Below are positions 38,586-48,894 of a DNA stretch of 64,000 bases, piece by piece (within the stretch, counting starts at the first letter, position 1; each line of letters starts with the position of its first letter). The notes under the pieces were generated by a model, which was not told the origin of the DNA, searched no databases, and worked only from the letters and a program-made list of their open reading frames with translations. The stretch is from Candidatus Latescibacterota bacterium (GTDB lineage: Bacteria > Latescibacterota > UBA2968): assembly GCA_038279365.1 (NCBI GenBank), contig JAYODI010000002.1:88484-152483 (forward strand), read 5' to 3'. Position numbers and translations under genes: made by a program.

Positions 38586-39055
38586 ACTTACTTAAAATAT
38601 TTAAAAGCAACAAAAAAGAAGACGAGCCCGAACAAGAAAATGAAACACCCAAACCCGACGGCAAACACAATGTGGCCGCTCCACCTGTAAAACCTGCGCC
38701 AGAGGCATCTGCGCCTCCAGTCAAAGAAAAACCGTCTGAACCCATTGATGTGGATGCCGTCCATAAAGAAATCGTCAAAGCTTTTAAAACCGTTTATGAT
38801 CCAGAGATCCCCGTAGACATCTACGAACTTGGGCTCATCTATGAAATAAAAATTGAACCCGATGGCAACACCTATGTAAAAATGACACTCACCGCACCCA
38901 ACTGCCCTGCTGCGGGTATTTTACCAGGGCAAATTGAATCTGCAGCTCGTGGTGTAGAAGGTGTTTACGATGTCAAACTCGATCTCGTATTTGACCCCCC
39001 TTGGGGGCCCGACCGAATGTCTGAAGCCGCCAAACTCGAACTCGGCATGCTCTAA
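38582..39055 (+). CDS. sufT: SufT/MIP18 (DUF59) Fe-S assembly protein with Pro-rich N-terminal extension
   Basis: VYDPEIPVDIYELGL, MTLTAPNCP, FDPPW...MSE.AKLELG. Confidence 0.9.
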   Translation: MNLLKIFKSNKKEDEPEQENETPKPDGKHNVAAPPVKPAPEASAPPVKEKPSEPIDVDAVHKEIVKAFKTVYDPEIPVDIYELGLIYEIKIEPDGNTYVKMTLTAPNCPAAGILPGQIESAARGVEGVYDVKLDLVFDPPWGPDRMSEAAKLELGML

Positions 39056-39072
39056 AAAAGTGGGTTAATTTT

Positions 39073-39558
39073 ATGAAACTGAGTACCCAAGAAGAATATG
39101 GTCTTCGTTGCCTCATTCAAATTGGCCATCACGAACGCAACACAGGCAACAGCATCACCATTTCTGAAATCAGCCAGGCAGAAGGGTTGTCTACCGCCAA
39201 TGTGGGCAAACTTCTTCGACTGCTTCGAATGGGCAACTTTATCGAAAGCGTACGTGGTCAAGCAGGTGGTTACAAGCTCGCACGCACACCCGCCGAAATA
39301 TCCATAGCTGACGTGCTCACAGCATTGGGTGGTCGTCTTTTTGATCCAGAATTTTGTGAAGACCATGCAGGCCAAGAGGAATTTTGCACACATTCGGTCA
39401 ACTGCTCAGTGCGTTCTCTTTGGAACGCCATTCAATTTGTTGTTGACCAAATGCTTGATCGCATTACATTACAAGACCTATTGGGTGAGGAAATCACACT
39501 CAAATCGGAATTGCAACAAAAAGCAGAAGAACTCTTGCAAGTCGCGCCAGCACCATAA
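39073..39558 (+). CDS. Rrf2 family Fe-S-sensing regulator
   Basis: EYGLRCL, SVRGQAGGYKLAR, three Cys in C-x9-C-x5-C. Confidence 0.92.
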   Translation: MKLSTQEEYGLRCLIQIGHHERNTGNSITISEISQAEGLSTANVGKLLRLLRMGNFIESVRGQAGGYKLARTPAEISIADVLTALGGRLFDPEFCEDHAGQEEFCTHSVNCSVRSLWNAIQFVVDQMLDRITLQDLLGEEITLKSELQQKAEELLQVAPAP

Positions 39559-39654
39559 AAATCAAATGAGGTGGCAAAGGATAAGGTTCAAATAACACAC
39601 AAATAATGTGTGAACCTCCCCAATACCCCACCCACAGTTCTTTAGGAGAACACC

Positions 39655-40239
39655 ATGAACATCACCGTAACCGATGTGGCCCAAGTGGAAGTTAAACGCC
39701 TAATGGAAGACCAAGATACACCCATCATTGGGGTACGTGTCACAGCAGAGGCCACATCCCCATTGCGTGCCAACTATCGGCTTGCATTTGTGGCTGAAGG
39801 ACAAGATTCACCCAAAGACACGGTTATCGAGTACGATGGTTTTAACGTTTATATTGACGAAGCCAGCACCAAATTTACCCAAGACATTACCCTCGACTTT
39901 GTAGATGGATTAATGGGACGGGGATTCAAAATTGAAAACCCACACAAAGTCCCTCCCCATCTCAAAGGCACCTTGGCCGAAAAAATTCAGGCCGTTATAG
40001 ATGAAAAAATTAACCCTGGTGTGGCCTCCCACGGCGGCAATGTTTCTCTCATCGACATTAAAGATGACACGGTCTACCTCCAATTTGGGGGGGGATGCCA
40101 AGGCTGTGGTATGGTGGATGTGACATTAAAACAAGGCGTAGAAGTCATGATCAAAGAAGCCGTGCCAGAAATCACACGCGTACTTGATATCACTGACCAC
40201 GCAGAAGGCAACAACCCCTATTATCAGACCACGCAATAA
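39655..40239 (+). CDS. nfuA: Fe-S biogenesis protein NfuA
   Basis: Degenerate A-type N-domain plus NifU C-domain INP.VASHGG, GGGCQGC, D.TDH..G.NPYY. Confidence 0.9.
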   Translation: MNITVTDVAQVEVKRLMEDQDTPIIGVRVTAEATSPLRANYRLAFVAEGQDSPKDTVIEYDGFNVYIDEASTKFTQDITLDFVDGLMGRGFKIENPHKVPPHLKGTLAEKIQAVIDEKINPGVASHGGNVSLIDIKDDTVYLQFGGGCQGCGMVDVTLKQGVEVMIKEAVPEITRVLDITDHAEGNNPYYQTTQ

Positions 40240-40258
40240 CCAATTTCCAAAACATATC

Positions 40259-40292
40259 AAAAGCCTCGGTAGAATACCTACCGAGGCTTTTT
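40259..40292 (+). terminator. Terminator of the suf-rrf2-nfuA unit
   Basis: aaaagcctcggtag-aatac-ctaccgaggctttt. Confidence 0.85.
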
Positions 40293-40401
40293 TATTTTCA
40301 CCAATAAAACCAACTTTTGTTAAATTTTTATCACATGACCTGCATGGCCTTACAGATTGGCTCAAAATAAAAAAACGTTTTTTAAACGTGTGGAGGTTGG
40401 G

Positions 40402-42582
40402 ATGCAACAACAATTGTTAGAAGATGTTGTTCTGGCAGCAACACGCATACACAACGAATTAAAGAGCATAACGGATATAAACAAGCGCAAAGAGAAACTT
40501 AATGGATATCCTTGGACCCTCGCTCCCTTAACGGTGCTTCACGCACATACTGGCGATCAAAAATATCTCCAATGGGCACATGAGGGTCTGGTCTGGATGG
40601 TAGACAGTGCCATCTTACCCGATGGATCCATACGCCCCCAACTGGGTAGCTTTCGGCTCATGCAACCTTTTTGTGAAGCGTTTTTGTATTTACAAAAACA
40701 AAATGTGCTCACATCCGAAGAAACAACCCGCATCCAAGCCCAAATAGCGACCAGCGCCAACACGCATTTGGATTCAACAGACTGGGGTGCGCAAAACCGA
40801 GCTACCGTTGATGCTGCAGGGTTTTATTTTGCATCGGTGTCGGTCCCTCACCATTCCAATGCCACACGTTGGAAACACTATGGAGATGCCCTCATAGAAG
40901 ACAGTTGGGGACGTTGGTCCATTGAAGATGCCTCAATCTATGGGCCATTTTGGCTTTTTTATTTGATGACAACCGCAGACCTTCAAGGCCGCAGTGACGA
41001 ATTTATGAACTTCGTCACCACACGATACTACTTTGAATTCTATCGCGGTTTACTTGCCCCCAACGGCATGCTTCCCGAATGGGGGGATGGCGATTGGACA
41101 CATATGTGGCATTGGTATATGGCCACCATGGTACGTGCAGGTTCCGAATATCAAAATGGTGAATACCTCTACTTTGCCAAACGCCTTTATGAAACCCATA
41201 GAGAAATGGGTCTAAGAGAACCCATCCATGGCTTTTTACCAGCAGGCTTAGAAGAAGGTGACGGACTCTATTGCGCCGGCACAGCTTTACGTTGGTTAGA
41301 CACATCCGTAGAAATGAAACCCTATACATTGCCCCAATCTGAAGAACTGGTTGATGATCTGGTATCCAAAAAAATCATCTTTCGCAATGACAAGGGCAAC
41401 AACAGCTCTTATGCCTTTTTAAACTACCGTGACCAAGGACCATATGGGCGCTATCAACGAGACTATCAAAACCAACAGTTAGCCGCCTATGAAGAAAAAC
41501 CCCATCACGGACACGGCGATGAAAATGCCATCAACTTGCTTATGGACCACGAAACAGTGCTGTTGGCAGACGGTGGTTACCGCCGCACCCCACACGACGG
41601 CTGGCGAGCCGACCTGTATCACAACAAAATTGTCGCCCGTTTGGGCTGGCCCATTAACCACGATGTGATGCATTATTTGCAACAAAACCGGTCATACTCT
41701 CCGGTTCTCACAGAAAAAATTCACTTTGGAAACTTTGGCCCCATAGACTATTCGCGCACCCGACTGATTGATGATGAACGAGGGTATACCACCGATCGCA
41801 TCCTCTTATTTTTGGTTCAATCAGGCGTTTACATCATCGTCGATGCCATTCATATTGACCGCGAAGGGCGCAAATTATTTGCCAATATGTGGCACCCCAG
41901 CCACATTATTGAAAACGGCAATTTTGCCACAGAAAATGAACATTGGATGCGCTCTTGGTCACCCCAAGTTCCTGTTCGCCAAGACCACTGGACCAACCCC
42001 CACAACAAAGAACTGCTTATTGAATTTCTCGATAACCGCGACAAATACACCCAAATACGAGAAATAGACCGATGTTATAACCCCTCTCAAGCATTTTTTC
42101 AATTTGTATACAGCCACTTTTTTAAAGGCCAACGCTTGGCATTTGTAACCGTTTTAACCCCTCACAACCCAGGCCAATTCAACAAATCGATGTTGGGTTC
42201 CGTTCAAGTCATTCACGATGCCGAACGGTCATGCAGAACACTTGGACTTCGGTTTAAACATGAAGGATCGCCCGTAACTGTTGGTTTGAAATTAGATCAA
42301 ACCATTGGCCTCACCAATTTGCGGGGGCGTCCCTTGTTCGACTGGAAAACAGGCCAAGTCACTTATGACAACTTGCAAACCGATGCGGAGTTTGCTTTTG
42401 TAAAAGACAATGGCACGGAAGCCGATATCGGGTTCATTTATGGTTCACAACTGACATACAAAAACAAAACCCTCTTTGACATGCCCATCAACCAACATAT
42501 GTATCAGGGGGCTGTAGAAGAATACCGCGTGCCCGATATCAAAGACAAAATGCCACGCTGGCGCGAAACAATCACGCTATAA
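40402..42582 (+). CDS. Hypothetical heparinase II/III-like (alpha-toroid plus beta-sandwich) protein
   Basis: RBS ggagg; P.G.LP.WGD, HHGHGDENAI.L, LLADGGY, HN resemble Hepar_II_III motifs; no signal peptide seen. Confidence 0.55.
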   Translation: MQQQLLEDVVLAATRIHNELKSITDINKRKEKLNGYPWTLAPLTVLHAHTGDQKYLQWAHEGLVWMVDSAILPDGSIRPQLGSFRLMQPFCEAFLYLQKQNVLTSEETTRIQAQIATSANTHLDSTDWGAQNRATVDAAGFYFASVSVPHHSNATRWKHYGDALIEDSWGRWSIEDASIYGPFWLFYLMTTADLQGRSDEFMNFVTTRYYFEFYRGLLAPNGMLPEWGDGDWTHMWHWYMATMVRAGSEYQNGEYLYFAKRLYETHREMGLREPIHGFLPAGLEEGDGLYCAGTALRWLDTSVEMKPYTLPQSEELVDDLVSKKIIFRNDKGNNSSYAFLNYRDQGPYGRYQRDYQNQQLAAYEEKPHHGHGDENAINLLMDHETVLLADGGYRRTPHDGWRADLYHNKIVARLGWPINHDVMHYLQQNRSYSPVLTEKIHFGNFGPIDYSRTRLIDDERGYTTDRILLFLVQSGVYIIVDAIHIDREGRKLFANMWHPSHIIENGNFATENEHWMRSWSPQVPVRQDHWTNPHNKELLIEFLDNRDKYTQIREIDRCYNPSQAFFQFVYSHFFKGQRLAFVTVLTPHNPGQFNKSMLGSVQVIHDAERSCRTLGLRFKHEGSPVTVGLKLDQTIGLTNLRGRPLFDWKTGQVTYDNLQTDAEFAFVKDNGTEADIGFIYGSQLTYKNKTLFDMPINQHMYQGAVEEYRVPDIKDKMPRWRETITL

Positions 42583-42612
42583 AACACCATCAGCACCATA
42601 CGGTACCCCCAT

Positions 42613-42649
42613 AAAAAACGGCGATCATATTGATTTGATCGCCGTTTTT
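42613..42649. terminator. Bidirectional intrinsic terminator
   Basis: aaaaaacggcgatca-tattgatt-tgatcgccgttttt. Confidence 0.88.
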
Positions 42650-42659
42650 GTAATTTCAA

Positions 42660-43064
42660 TCAATGGGCATCTTCTTCGGTTTCGCTTTCGGCAGGTTCTT
42701 CCTGTCCGCCACCCTTCTTTTTATCTCTCTTATCTTTAAACTCTTTAATTTTTTTGATCACATCAGGTGCATATTTTAACAAATCACCCACCGACATGCC
42801 CTTGTCTTCAAGTGGCACCAATTGCGCTTTGCCATTTTGGATAATAATAAACGCAACAGGTTGTACAGATCCTCCACCACCCGTTCCACTGCCTCCGTCT
42901 TTTTGATTGCCTTTACCACCACCCGCGCCAAATCCAAATGAAATTTTAGAAACAGGTACAATAATCACATCGCCAGCAACAACCGGCTCACCCACTACAG
43001 TTTCGGTCTTGACCAGTTCGCGAAACTCTTGCATCATTGTTTTAATCAGATCATCTATTGGCAT
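42660..43064 (-). CDS. GerW/YtfJ family protein
   Basis: TVVGEP, IVPVSKISFGFGAGG, GGGG.VQPVAF. Confidence 0.88.
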   Translation of the reverse strand: MPIDDLIKTMMQEFRELVKTETVVGEPVVAGDVIIVPVSKISFGFGAGGGKGNQKDGGSGTGGGGSVQPVAFIIIQNGKAQLVPLEDKGMSVGDLLKYAPDVIKKIKEFKDKRDKKKGGGQEEPAESETEEDAH

Positions 43065-43120
43065 TTCGCCTCCTTATGCGCAGGGCGCAAACCCTTGAAA
43101 CACAACATCCATCTCCAACA

Positions 43121-44080
43121 CTATGCCGATGGCACTTCTGGCAACATCGCTTCACGTTTTATCCGTCGTTCTCGCCACCAAATTTTAACTCCCAAAATCC
43201 CCCCTCTAACGACCAAGGCCAATACCGCCCATAAAAACCGCGACAAATAAAATGAAACCTCAAGAGCACCTGCCCCTTCCAAGCGCGATTGTGTAAAGTC
43301 GGGGGTCAACACCAATGACGTACGTTTGCCCAACAAGGGCCGTATAGCCTCTACATATCCAAACAATCGCCCCGTAAGTGCCGGATCCCCCGCCCCATAT
43401 ACCACATCGACATCGACACGCCGAAATCCTAAAATACGCGTTAACCGTTTCAAAAAACGCCACAGAATAGGTCGTGCTTCTTGCGAATACCCCCAATATC
43501 GAGAAATTCGAACACGCAAAGCTTTCCAACGCGTCCACAATGAAGGTGTTGCGTCTGGTTTTTCGTTGGCTCCTGCCACCTTCAACGGAGGGACCCTTCC
43601 AGCTTCCATAGATGCCGATGGAGGAGCAGATGCTTGGGGTAAATCCGATGTATTTGTATCAGATTTTTTTCTTTTTACCGCAGGTGTCGGCAAACTTGCC
43701 CGAACACTTTCATCGGTATGTGTTTTTAAAACAGGTTCAGGTGAAGGCGCACCTACAGATGGTGTTGCTCTTATGGGTTCTGGAGATGGGTCTTTTTTTA
43801 ATACAGGTTCACCCGCTTCAACATCTTCTTTGGGTTGCCAAATCACCCATTTACCAAACACAACCTGAAGTTGCCCACCCCTTTCTGTGTAATCAAACAC
43901 CACCCCCACCACACCAGCCAAAGCTTTTACCCACCCAGAGACGGCATATTCATTTTGACGATAATAACCTGAACCACCAATATGAATAGGCAACAGAATC
44001 AACAAAACGACCAAAAACACCAATATTCCCAATGGAATACCGATGAGATAAGCAAGAATAAGAAACAAATTGATCCACAC
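43121..44080 (-). CDS. DUF2953 (YtfI-like) membrane protein with Pro-rich linker
   Basis: N-terminal TM, YGAGDPALTG..FG, PDF motif; directly upstream of the gerW/ytfJ homolog; GTG start with RBS ggag. Confidence 0.75.
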   Translation of the reverse strand: MWINLFLILAYLIGIPLGILVFLVVLLILLPIHIGGSGYYRQNEYAVSGWVKALAGVVGVVFDYTERGGQLQVVFGKWVIWQPKEDVEAGEPVLKKDPSPEPIRATPSVGAPSPEPVLKTHTDESVRASLPTPAVKRKKSDTNTSDLPQASAPPSASMEAGRVPPLKVAGANEKPDATPSLWTRWKALRVRISRYWGYSQEARPILWRFLKRLTRILGFRRVDVDVVYGAGDPALTGRLFGYVEAIRPLLGKRTSLVLTPDFTQSRLEGAGALEVSFYLSRFLWAVLALVVRGGILGVKIWWRERRIKREAMLPEVPSA

Positions 44081-44157
44081 AGCAATCTCCTCATGACCCC
44101 GAGAGGATAGTCAAAACACACCTACAAATCAAGTATTTTCTATCAGTTACACAACAC

Positions 44158-44187
44158 TTGACAGACCCACTAAGAATCCACTATTAT
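44158..44187 (+). promoter_or_regulatory. Putative sigma70 promoter
   Basis: TTGACA, 18 bp, TATTAT upstream of the phosphomutase. Confidence 0.5.
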
Positions 44188-44284
44188 TCAGAGTTGTAAG
44201 GCAATGACAACATATTCATAAACCGCCACGTTCCTTGTTGCCACCCTGATCCACACCTTATCACCCCCTAGCAAAGGACGCACC

Positions 44285-46117
44285 ATGGGCGCATTTGAAG
44301 CGATTGACACATTTGAAAAAAGTGGAAAACTTTCTGCCACAGCGAGTCAAAATTTAAAAAAGTGGCTATCAGAATCTGCCTACGCACACTTTCAAAACGA
44401 AATTGAAACCCTCATCAAAAACGAAAACCTCGATGAATTGGAAGATGCCTTTCGCACCAATATCGAATTTGGCACAGGCGGTATTCGTGGCAAGATGGGA
44501 GCAGGCCCAAACCGCATCAACCAACGCACCATGGGCGAAGCGGCACAAGGTCTTGCCAATTATGTGCTTCAATCGGGTATTAAAAATGCCACGCAAAGGG
44601 GTGTTGTCATTGCCTGCGACACACGCAACAGATCAGATCTCTTCTCAAAAGAAACGGCATCTATTTTTGCAGGCAATGGCATCACAGCTCGCATTTTTGA
44701 AAGCCACCGATCTACGCCAGAGCTTTCTTTTGCATTGCGGCAGACAGGTGCCATAACAGGTGTGGTGATCAGTGCCAGCCACAACCCACCATCGGACAAC
44801 GGATTCAAAGCCTATTGGGATGATGGTGGGCAAGTGGTCCCCCCTCACGACAAAAACATCATTAACGAAGTCAAAGCCGTTCAAGAAATCAAACGCATCG
44901 ACTTTGAAGAGGGAATCCAAAAAGGTTTGATACAAACCCTCGGTTCGGAAATAGATGCCCCTTACATTGAAAATCTCGCAAGCCTATCACTTAACCCAGC
45001 AAGAGACATCGGCATCGTTTACACCCCCTTACATGGTGTGGGTGCAACCTCAATCGTACCAGCACTTCAAAAACTTGGCTACAAAAACCTTAAGATTGTC
45101 GCCGAACAAAACATACCTGATGGCAACTTTCCCACCGTTTCCAATGGTGTGGCCAACCCTGAAGACCCAAACACATTTATCCGTGCCATTGCCGATGCCA
45201 AACAAATGAATGCCGATATTGTCATGGCCAGTGACCCAGACGCGGATCGCCTTGGGTGTGCCCTGCCTCATCCGACCAAAGGATGGGATGCCACCCCACA
45301 AGAACTCGCAATCAATGGCAATCAAATTGGCGTGATTTTGGCACACTATATTTTAGACACCCACAAAAAAAATGGCACCTTGCCACCCAAGGGCGTGGTG
45401 TGTAAAACCATAGTAACCACAGATCTTATCTCTCTTATTGCCAAACATTTTGGTGCCAAACCCGTAGACAACCTTTTGGTGGGTTTTAAATATATTGCCG
45501 ATATTATCAATCACCTCTCCAGTGATGAAACTTTTCTCTATGGCACAGAAGAAAGCCACGGTTACTTGTCGGGTGATTTTGTGCGTGACAAAGATGCCGC
45601 CTCGGCCGCAGTGCTTTTATCAGAGTGTGCCGCCCAACTCAAAACGGAAGGCAAAACAGTTCGTGATTATTTAGACAGCATCTACCAACAATTTGGCTAC
45701 TTTCACGAATCACAAAAATCAACCTACCGCGAAGGCGCACAGGGCAACCGTGAAATTGCACAAATTATGACCGGATTGCGCAAAAACCCACCCACCCAAA
45801 TAGGTGGCCACGATGTGGTCGAAGTTATAGACTATCAATCGGGCGAAGCAAAAAACCTCCAAACAGGCACAATACGTACATTAGACGCGGGCAAAGGCAA
45901 TGTGCTTGCATTCACATTTACAGACCAAGGACACACACGTGTCACCGCTCGTCCATCGGGAACAGAACCCAAAATCAAATATTATATCTCTACCACATCC
46001 GCAGACAACCCACAGCGAGCATCTTCAAACCTTGCCCAAACCAAGCAAAACATTGATACCCTCGCACAAGAAATTATCGCAGGTATGCTTCACGCTGCCG
46101 ATCAAGCACTGACTTAG
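44285..46117 (+). CDS. Phosphoglucomutase/phosphomannomutase family phospho-sugar mutase
   Basis: FGTGGIRG, SASHNP, DPDADR, EESHG, RPSGTEPKIK. Confidence 0.95.
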   Translation: MGAFEAIDTFEKSGKLSATASQNLKKWLSESAYAHFQNEIETLIKNENLDELEDAFRTNIEFGTGGIRGKMGAGPNRINQRTMGEAAQGLANYVLQSGIKNATQRGVVIACDTRNRSDLFSKETASIFAGNGITARIFESHRSTPELSFALRQTGAITGVVISASHNPPSDNGFKAYWDDGGQVVPPHDKNIINEVKAVQEIKRIDFEEGIQKGLIQTLGSEIDAPYIENLASLSLNPARDIGIVYTPLHGVGATSIVPALQKLGYKNLKIVAEQNIPDGNFPTVSNGVANPEDPNTFIRAIADAKQMNADIVMASDPDADRLGCALPHPTKGWDATPQELAINGNQIGVILAHYILDTHKKNGTLPPKGVVCKTIVTTDLISLIAKHFGAKPVDNLLVGFKYIADIINHLSSDETFLYGTEESHGYLSGDFVRDKDAASAAVLLSECAAQLKTEGKTVRDYLDSIYQQFGYFHESQKSTYREGAQGNREIAQIMTGLRKNPPTQIGGHDVVEVIDYQSGEAKNLQTGTIRTLDAGKGNVLAFTFTDQGHTRVTARPSGTEPKIKYYISTTSADNPQRASSNLAQTKQNIDTLAQEIIAGMLHAADQALT

Positions 46118-46132
46118 AAAGAAGACACTTTT

Positions 46133-47818
46133 ATGAACAACCCAAAACCCATTGGCATCGACAAAAACCTCACGTCATATGGTGATCCAGAATTTAGCAA
46201 ATATATCCGCCGTGCTTTCTTAGGCGCAGCAGGCTTCGATGCAGAAGATGTCACACGCCCAATCATTGGCATTGCCAGTACCGTTTCAGACTACAACCCC
46301 TGCCACGGTCAAATGCCAGATCTCATTGAAGCGGTCAAACGTGGTGTGATGGAAGCAGGTGGGTTACCATTTGTATTTCCGACCTGTTCACTTCACGAAA
46401 TCTTTTTCTCTCCCACCACCATGCTCTTTCGCAATCTCTTGGCCATGGAAACAGAAGAAATGATCACCGCACAACCCATGGATGCCGTGGTGCTCATGGG
46501 TGGGTGTGACAAAACAGTACCGGCACAACTCATGGCTGCCGCATCGGCCAATATACCCGCTATCCAAGTGGTTTCTGGTGCTATGCGTACAGGTTCTTAC
46601 GAAGGCACCCGCTTAGGTGCATGCACAGATTGCCGACGCTATTGGGCACAATATCGTGCTGGTGATTTGGGCGAAGGCGAAATTGCGCAAGTCACCCAAT
46701 CATTGTGCAGTACACCTGGCACCTGTATGGTCATGGGCACCGCATCGACCATGGCCAGCATTGTCGAAACGCTTGGCCTGCTCGTTCCTGGTGGTGCCAC
46801 CCCACTTTCGGGAACAGGGGACAGAATGCGTGTGGGAGTAAGATCGGGGCGATTGGCTGTGAAAATAGCCCAAACAAACCACACCCCCAAAAAGATGCTC
46901 ACCCGCCCGTCATTCCTTAATGCCATCACCGTCTTGACCGCTTTGGGTGGATCCACAAATGCCATCGTCCACCTCTTGGCCATTGCCCGAAGAGCCGGAA
47001 CAGAACTCACCTTAGATGACTTACATGACGTTGCTCAAAAAATTCCTCTGCTAGTAGACTGCAAACCTGCTGGTGTGGGATACATGGAAGACTTTCACAA
47101 TGCGGGTGGCATCCCCACCCTTCTCAAAGCTTTAGAATCAAAACTCGACCTTTCGGTGCCCATCATCACAGGACAAACATTGGGGGAATATCTCAAAGAC
47201 ATAAAACCACCCCAAAGCTGGCAAACCACCATTCGCACCCTCGACAATCCATTAGGACCCAATGGATCACTCACCATCATCCGTGGCAACCTCGCCCCAG
47301 ATGGCGCCATACTTAAAACAGCCGCTGCCAGCCCAAGTCTCTTTTCACACACTGGCCCAGCCATTGTTTTCGAATCGCCCGATGATGCCGCCAACCGCAT
47401 TGATGACCCATCTCTCAACATCACACCCAATCATATATTGGTCTTGCGCAATGCGGGTCCCACAGCAGGCATGCCAGAGGCAGGTTCTCTCCCCATTCCC
47501 AAATATCTTGCACAAAAAGGGGTTAAAGACATCATTCGCATTTCCGATGCCCGCATGAGTGGGACGTCTTATGGCACAGTTGTGTTGCACTGTTCTCCAG
47601 AGGCCGCCACAGGTGGCCCCCTTGCGCTTGTTAAAAATGGCGACCTCATTGAACTCAATGTGGCCGAACAACGGCTAGATCTCCTCATTGATGAAGACGA
47701 ACGGCAACGTCGTCAAAGCGCATTCAAACCCACCCCGCCACCAGAAAGAGGCTGGCGCAGACTTTATGCAACACACGTTTTACCCGCCCACTTAGGTGCC
47801 GATCTCGATTTTTTATAA
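46133..47818 (+). CDS. IlvD/Edd family dehydratase (possibly sugar-acid dehydratase)
   Basis: YNPCH, GGCDKTVPA, G.CMVMGTASTM, GGSTN, GMPE, SDARMSGT. Confidence 0.9.
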   Translation: MNNPKPIGIDKNLTSYGDPEFSKYIRRAFLGAAGFDAEDVTRPIIGIASTVSDYNPCHGQMPDLIEAVKRGVMEAGGLPFVFPTCSLHEIFFSPTTMLFRNLLAMETEEMITAQPMDAVVLMGGCDKTVPAQLMAAASANIPAIQVVSGAMRTGSYEGTRLGACTDCRRYWAQYRAGDLGEGEIAQVTQSLCSTPGTCMVMGTASTMASIVETLGLLVPGGATPLSGTGDRMRVGVRSGRLAVKIAQTNHTPKKMLTRPSFLNAITVLTALGGSTNAIVHLLAIARRAGTELTLDDLHDVAQKIPLLVDCKPAGVGYMEDFHNAGGIPTLLKALESKLDLSVPIITGQTLGEYLKDIKPPQSWQTTIRTLDNPLGPNGSLTIIRGNLAPDGAILKTAAASPSLFSHTGPAIVFESPDDAANRIDDPSLNITPNHILVLRNAGPTAGMPEAGSLPIPKYLAQKGVKDIIRISDARMSGTSYGTVVLHCSPEAATGGPLALVKNGDLIELNVAEQRLDLLIDEDERQRRQSAFKPTPPPERGWRRLYATHVLPAHLGADLDFL

Positions 47819-47834
47819 TCTGAACCTATTCATT

Positions 47835-47872
47835 AAAAAAGCCTTGTTCTCACATTCAGAACAAGGCTTTTT
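47835..47872. terminator. Bidirectional intrinsic terminator
   Basis: aaaaaagccttgttct-cacattc-agaacaaggcttttt. Confidence 0.88.
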
Positions 47873-47895
47873 CATTTTTAAAAATCACAAGAGAC

Positions 47896-48894
47896 TTAAA
47901 AAAAGTCCGTTTCCCAATAAAACACATCGTCACCAAAAAGATCTGTCCAAAACTGGGCTTCCGATTTGGGCTGTGGGCTGGGCACCACATCTGCACCTAA
48001 TTTTTCGCGTAAAGAATGCCAATTTACACCTTTCACCATCATCTCATCATAGGTTGACCAAGTGGCTGTAGATTGGCTCATTGTTTCTAGCGTATGTACA
48101 AATGCATGGCGATGTGGCAAACTCCCAGACAACTTGCCATTGCATTTGTTCAAAATCAAACTGGCCAAATCGGCATATGCCAAACTTTCATTGGGCAAAG
48201 CACAGGCCTCTTTGACCCAAACGCCATCGCCATCGGATACAAAATTGACATAGGCAACCACCTCACCATTGCGCACAACACCCCATTTGGGAAACAGACC
48301 TCGGATACGCGCAGGCCCATTGGTCCAATAATTTCGGTCCCTTACCACAGATCCCGTGACATGCATCCCATCCACTTCATGAATATGCATCACAGCATCC
48401 AAATCTTTTTCAATCTCTAACGGACGAACATCCAAACTCTCGCGTGTTACATCCACAAAATTTATGGTAAATGTGGGCAATGGAATCGTAATCCAATTTT
48501 GAGCCTCATAATAAGGCGTTCCAATGATGGTAAACAACAGTCCAAAATCATAACCTGCCTGCAAAAAATAACCTTCCGTATCCCTCATCAGCGCTTGTGC
48601 ATATCCTTGCTTGCGATAATTGGGATGCACACACAAACTGCCAATGCCAGCAGCCAACAAAGAAACACCTCTCACCCGCATGGTGCGATCCCAAATACGC
48701 AAATGGGCAACAATGCGCCCATCGATTTCTATTACACGGCTATGGTCCAGCGTATAAGTGGGATCTTCTTTGGCATAAGCCAAATAACGCGCAGGTGATT
48801 CGGCTTCATTTGGGCGAAAAACAATGTGCTGCAATTCTGCAATTTCTTCAAGTTCAGATACCTTGGCGGGGCGTATATCCATACTCACATCCAT
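47896..48894 (-). CDS. GNAT family N-acetyltransferase (Eis-like tandem GNAT); start may be 48882
   Basis: GIGSLCVHPNYRKQGYA acetyl-CoA motif A, YYE..NW. Confidence 0.85.
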   Translation of the reverse strand: MDVSMDIRPAKVSELEEIAELQHIVFRPNEAESPARYLAYAKEDPTYTLDHSRVIEIDGRIVAHLRIWDRTMRVRGVSLLAAGIGSLCVHPNYRKQGYAQALMRDTEGYFLQAGYDFGLLFTIIGTPYYEAQNWITIPLPTFTINFVDVTRESLDVRPLEIEKDLDAVMHIHEVDGMHVTGSVVRDRNYWTNGPARIRGLFPKWGVVRNGEVVAYVNFVSDGDGVWVKEACALPNESLAYADLASLILNKCNGKLSGSLPHRHAFVHTLETMSQSTATWSTYDEMMVKGVNWHSLREKLGADVVPSPQPKSEAQFWTDLFGDDVFYWETDFF

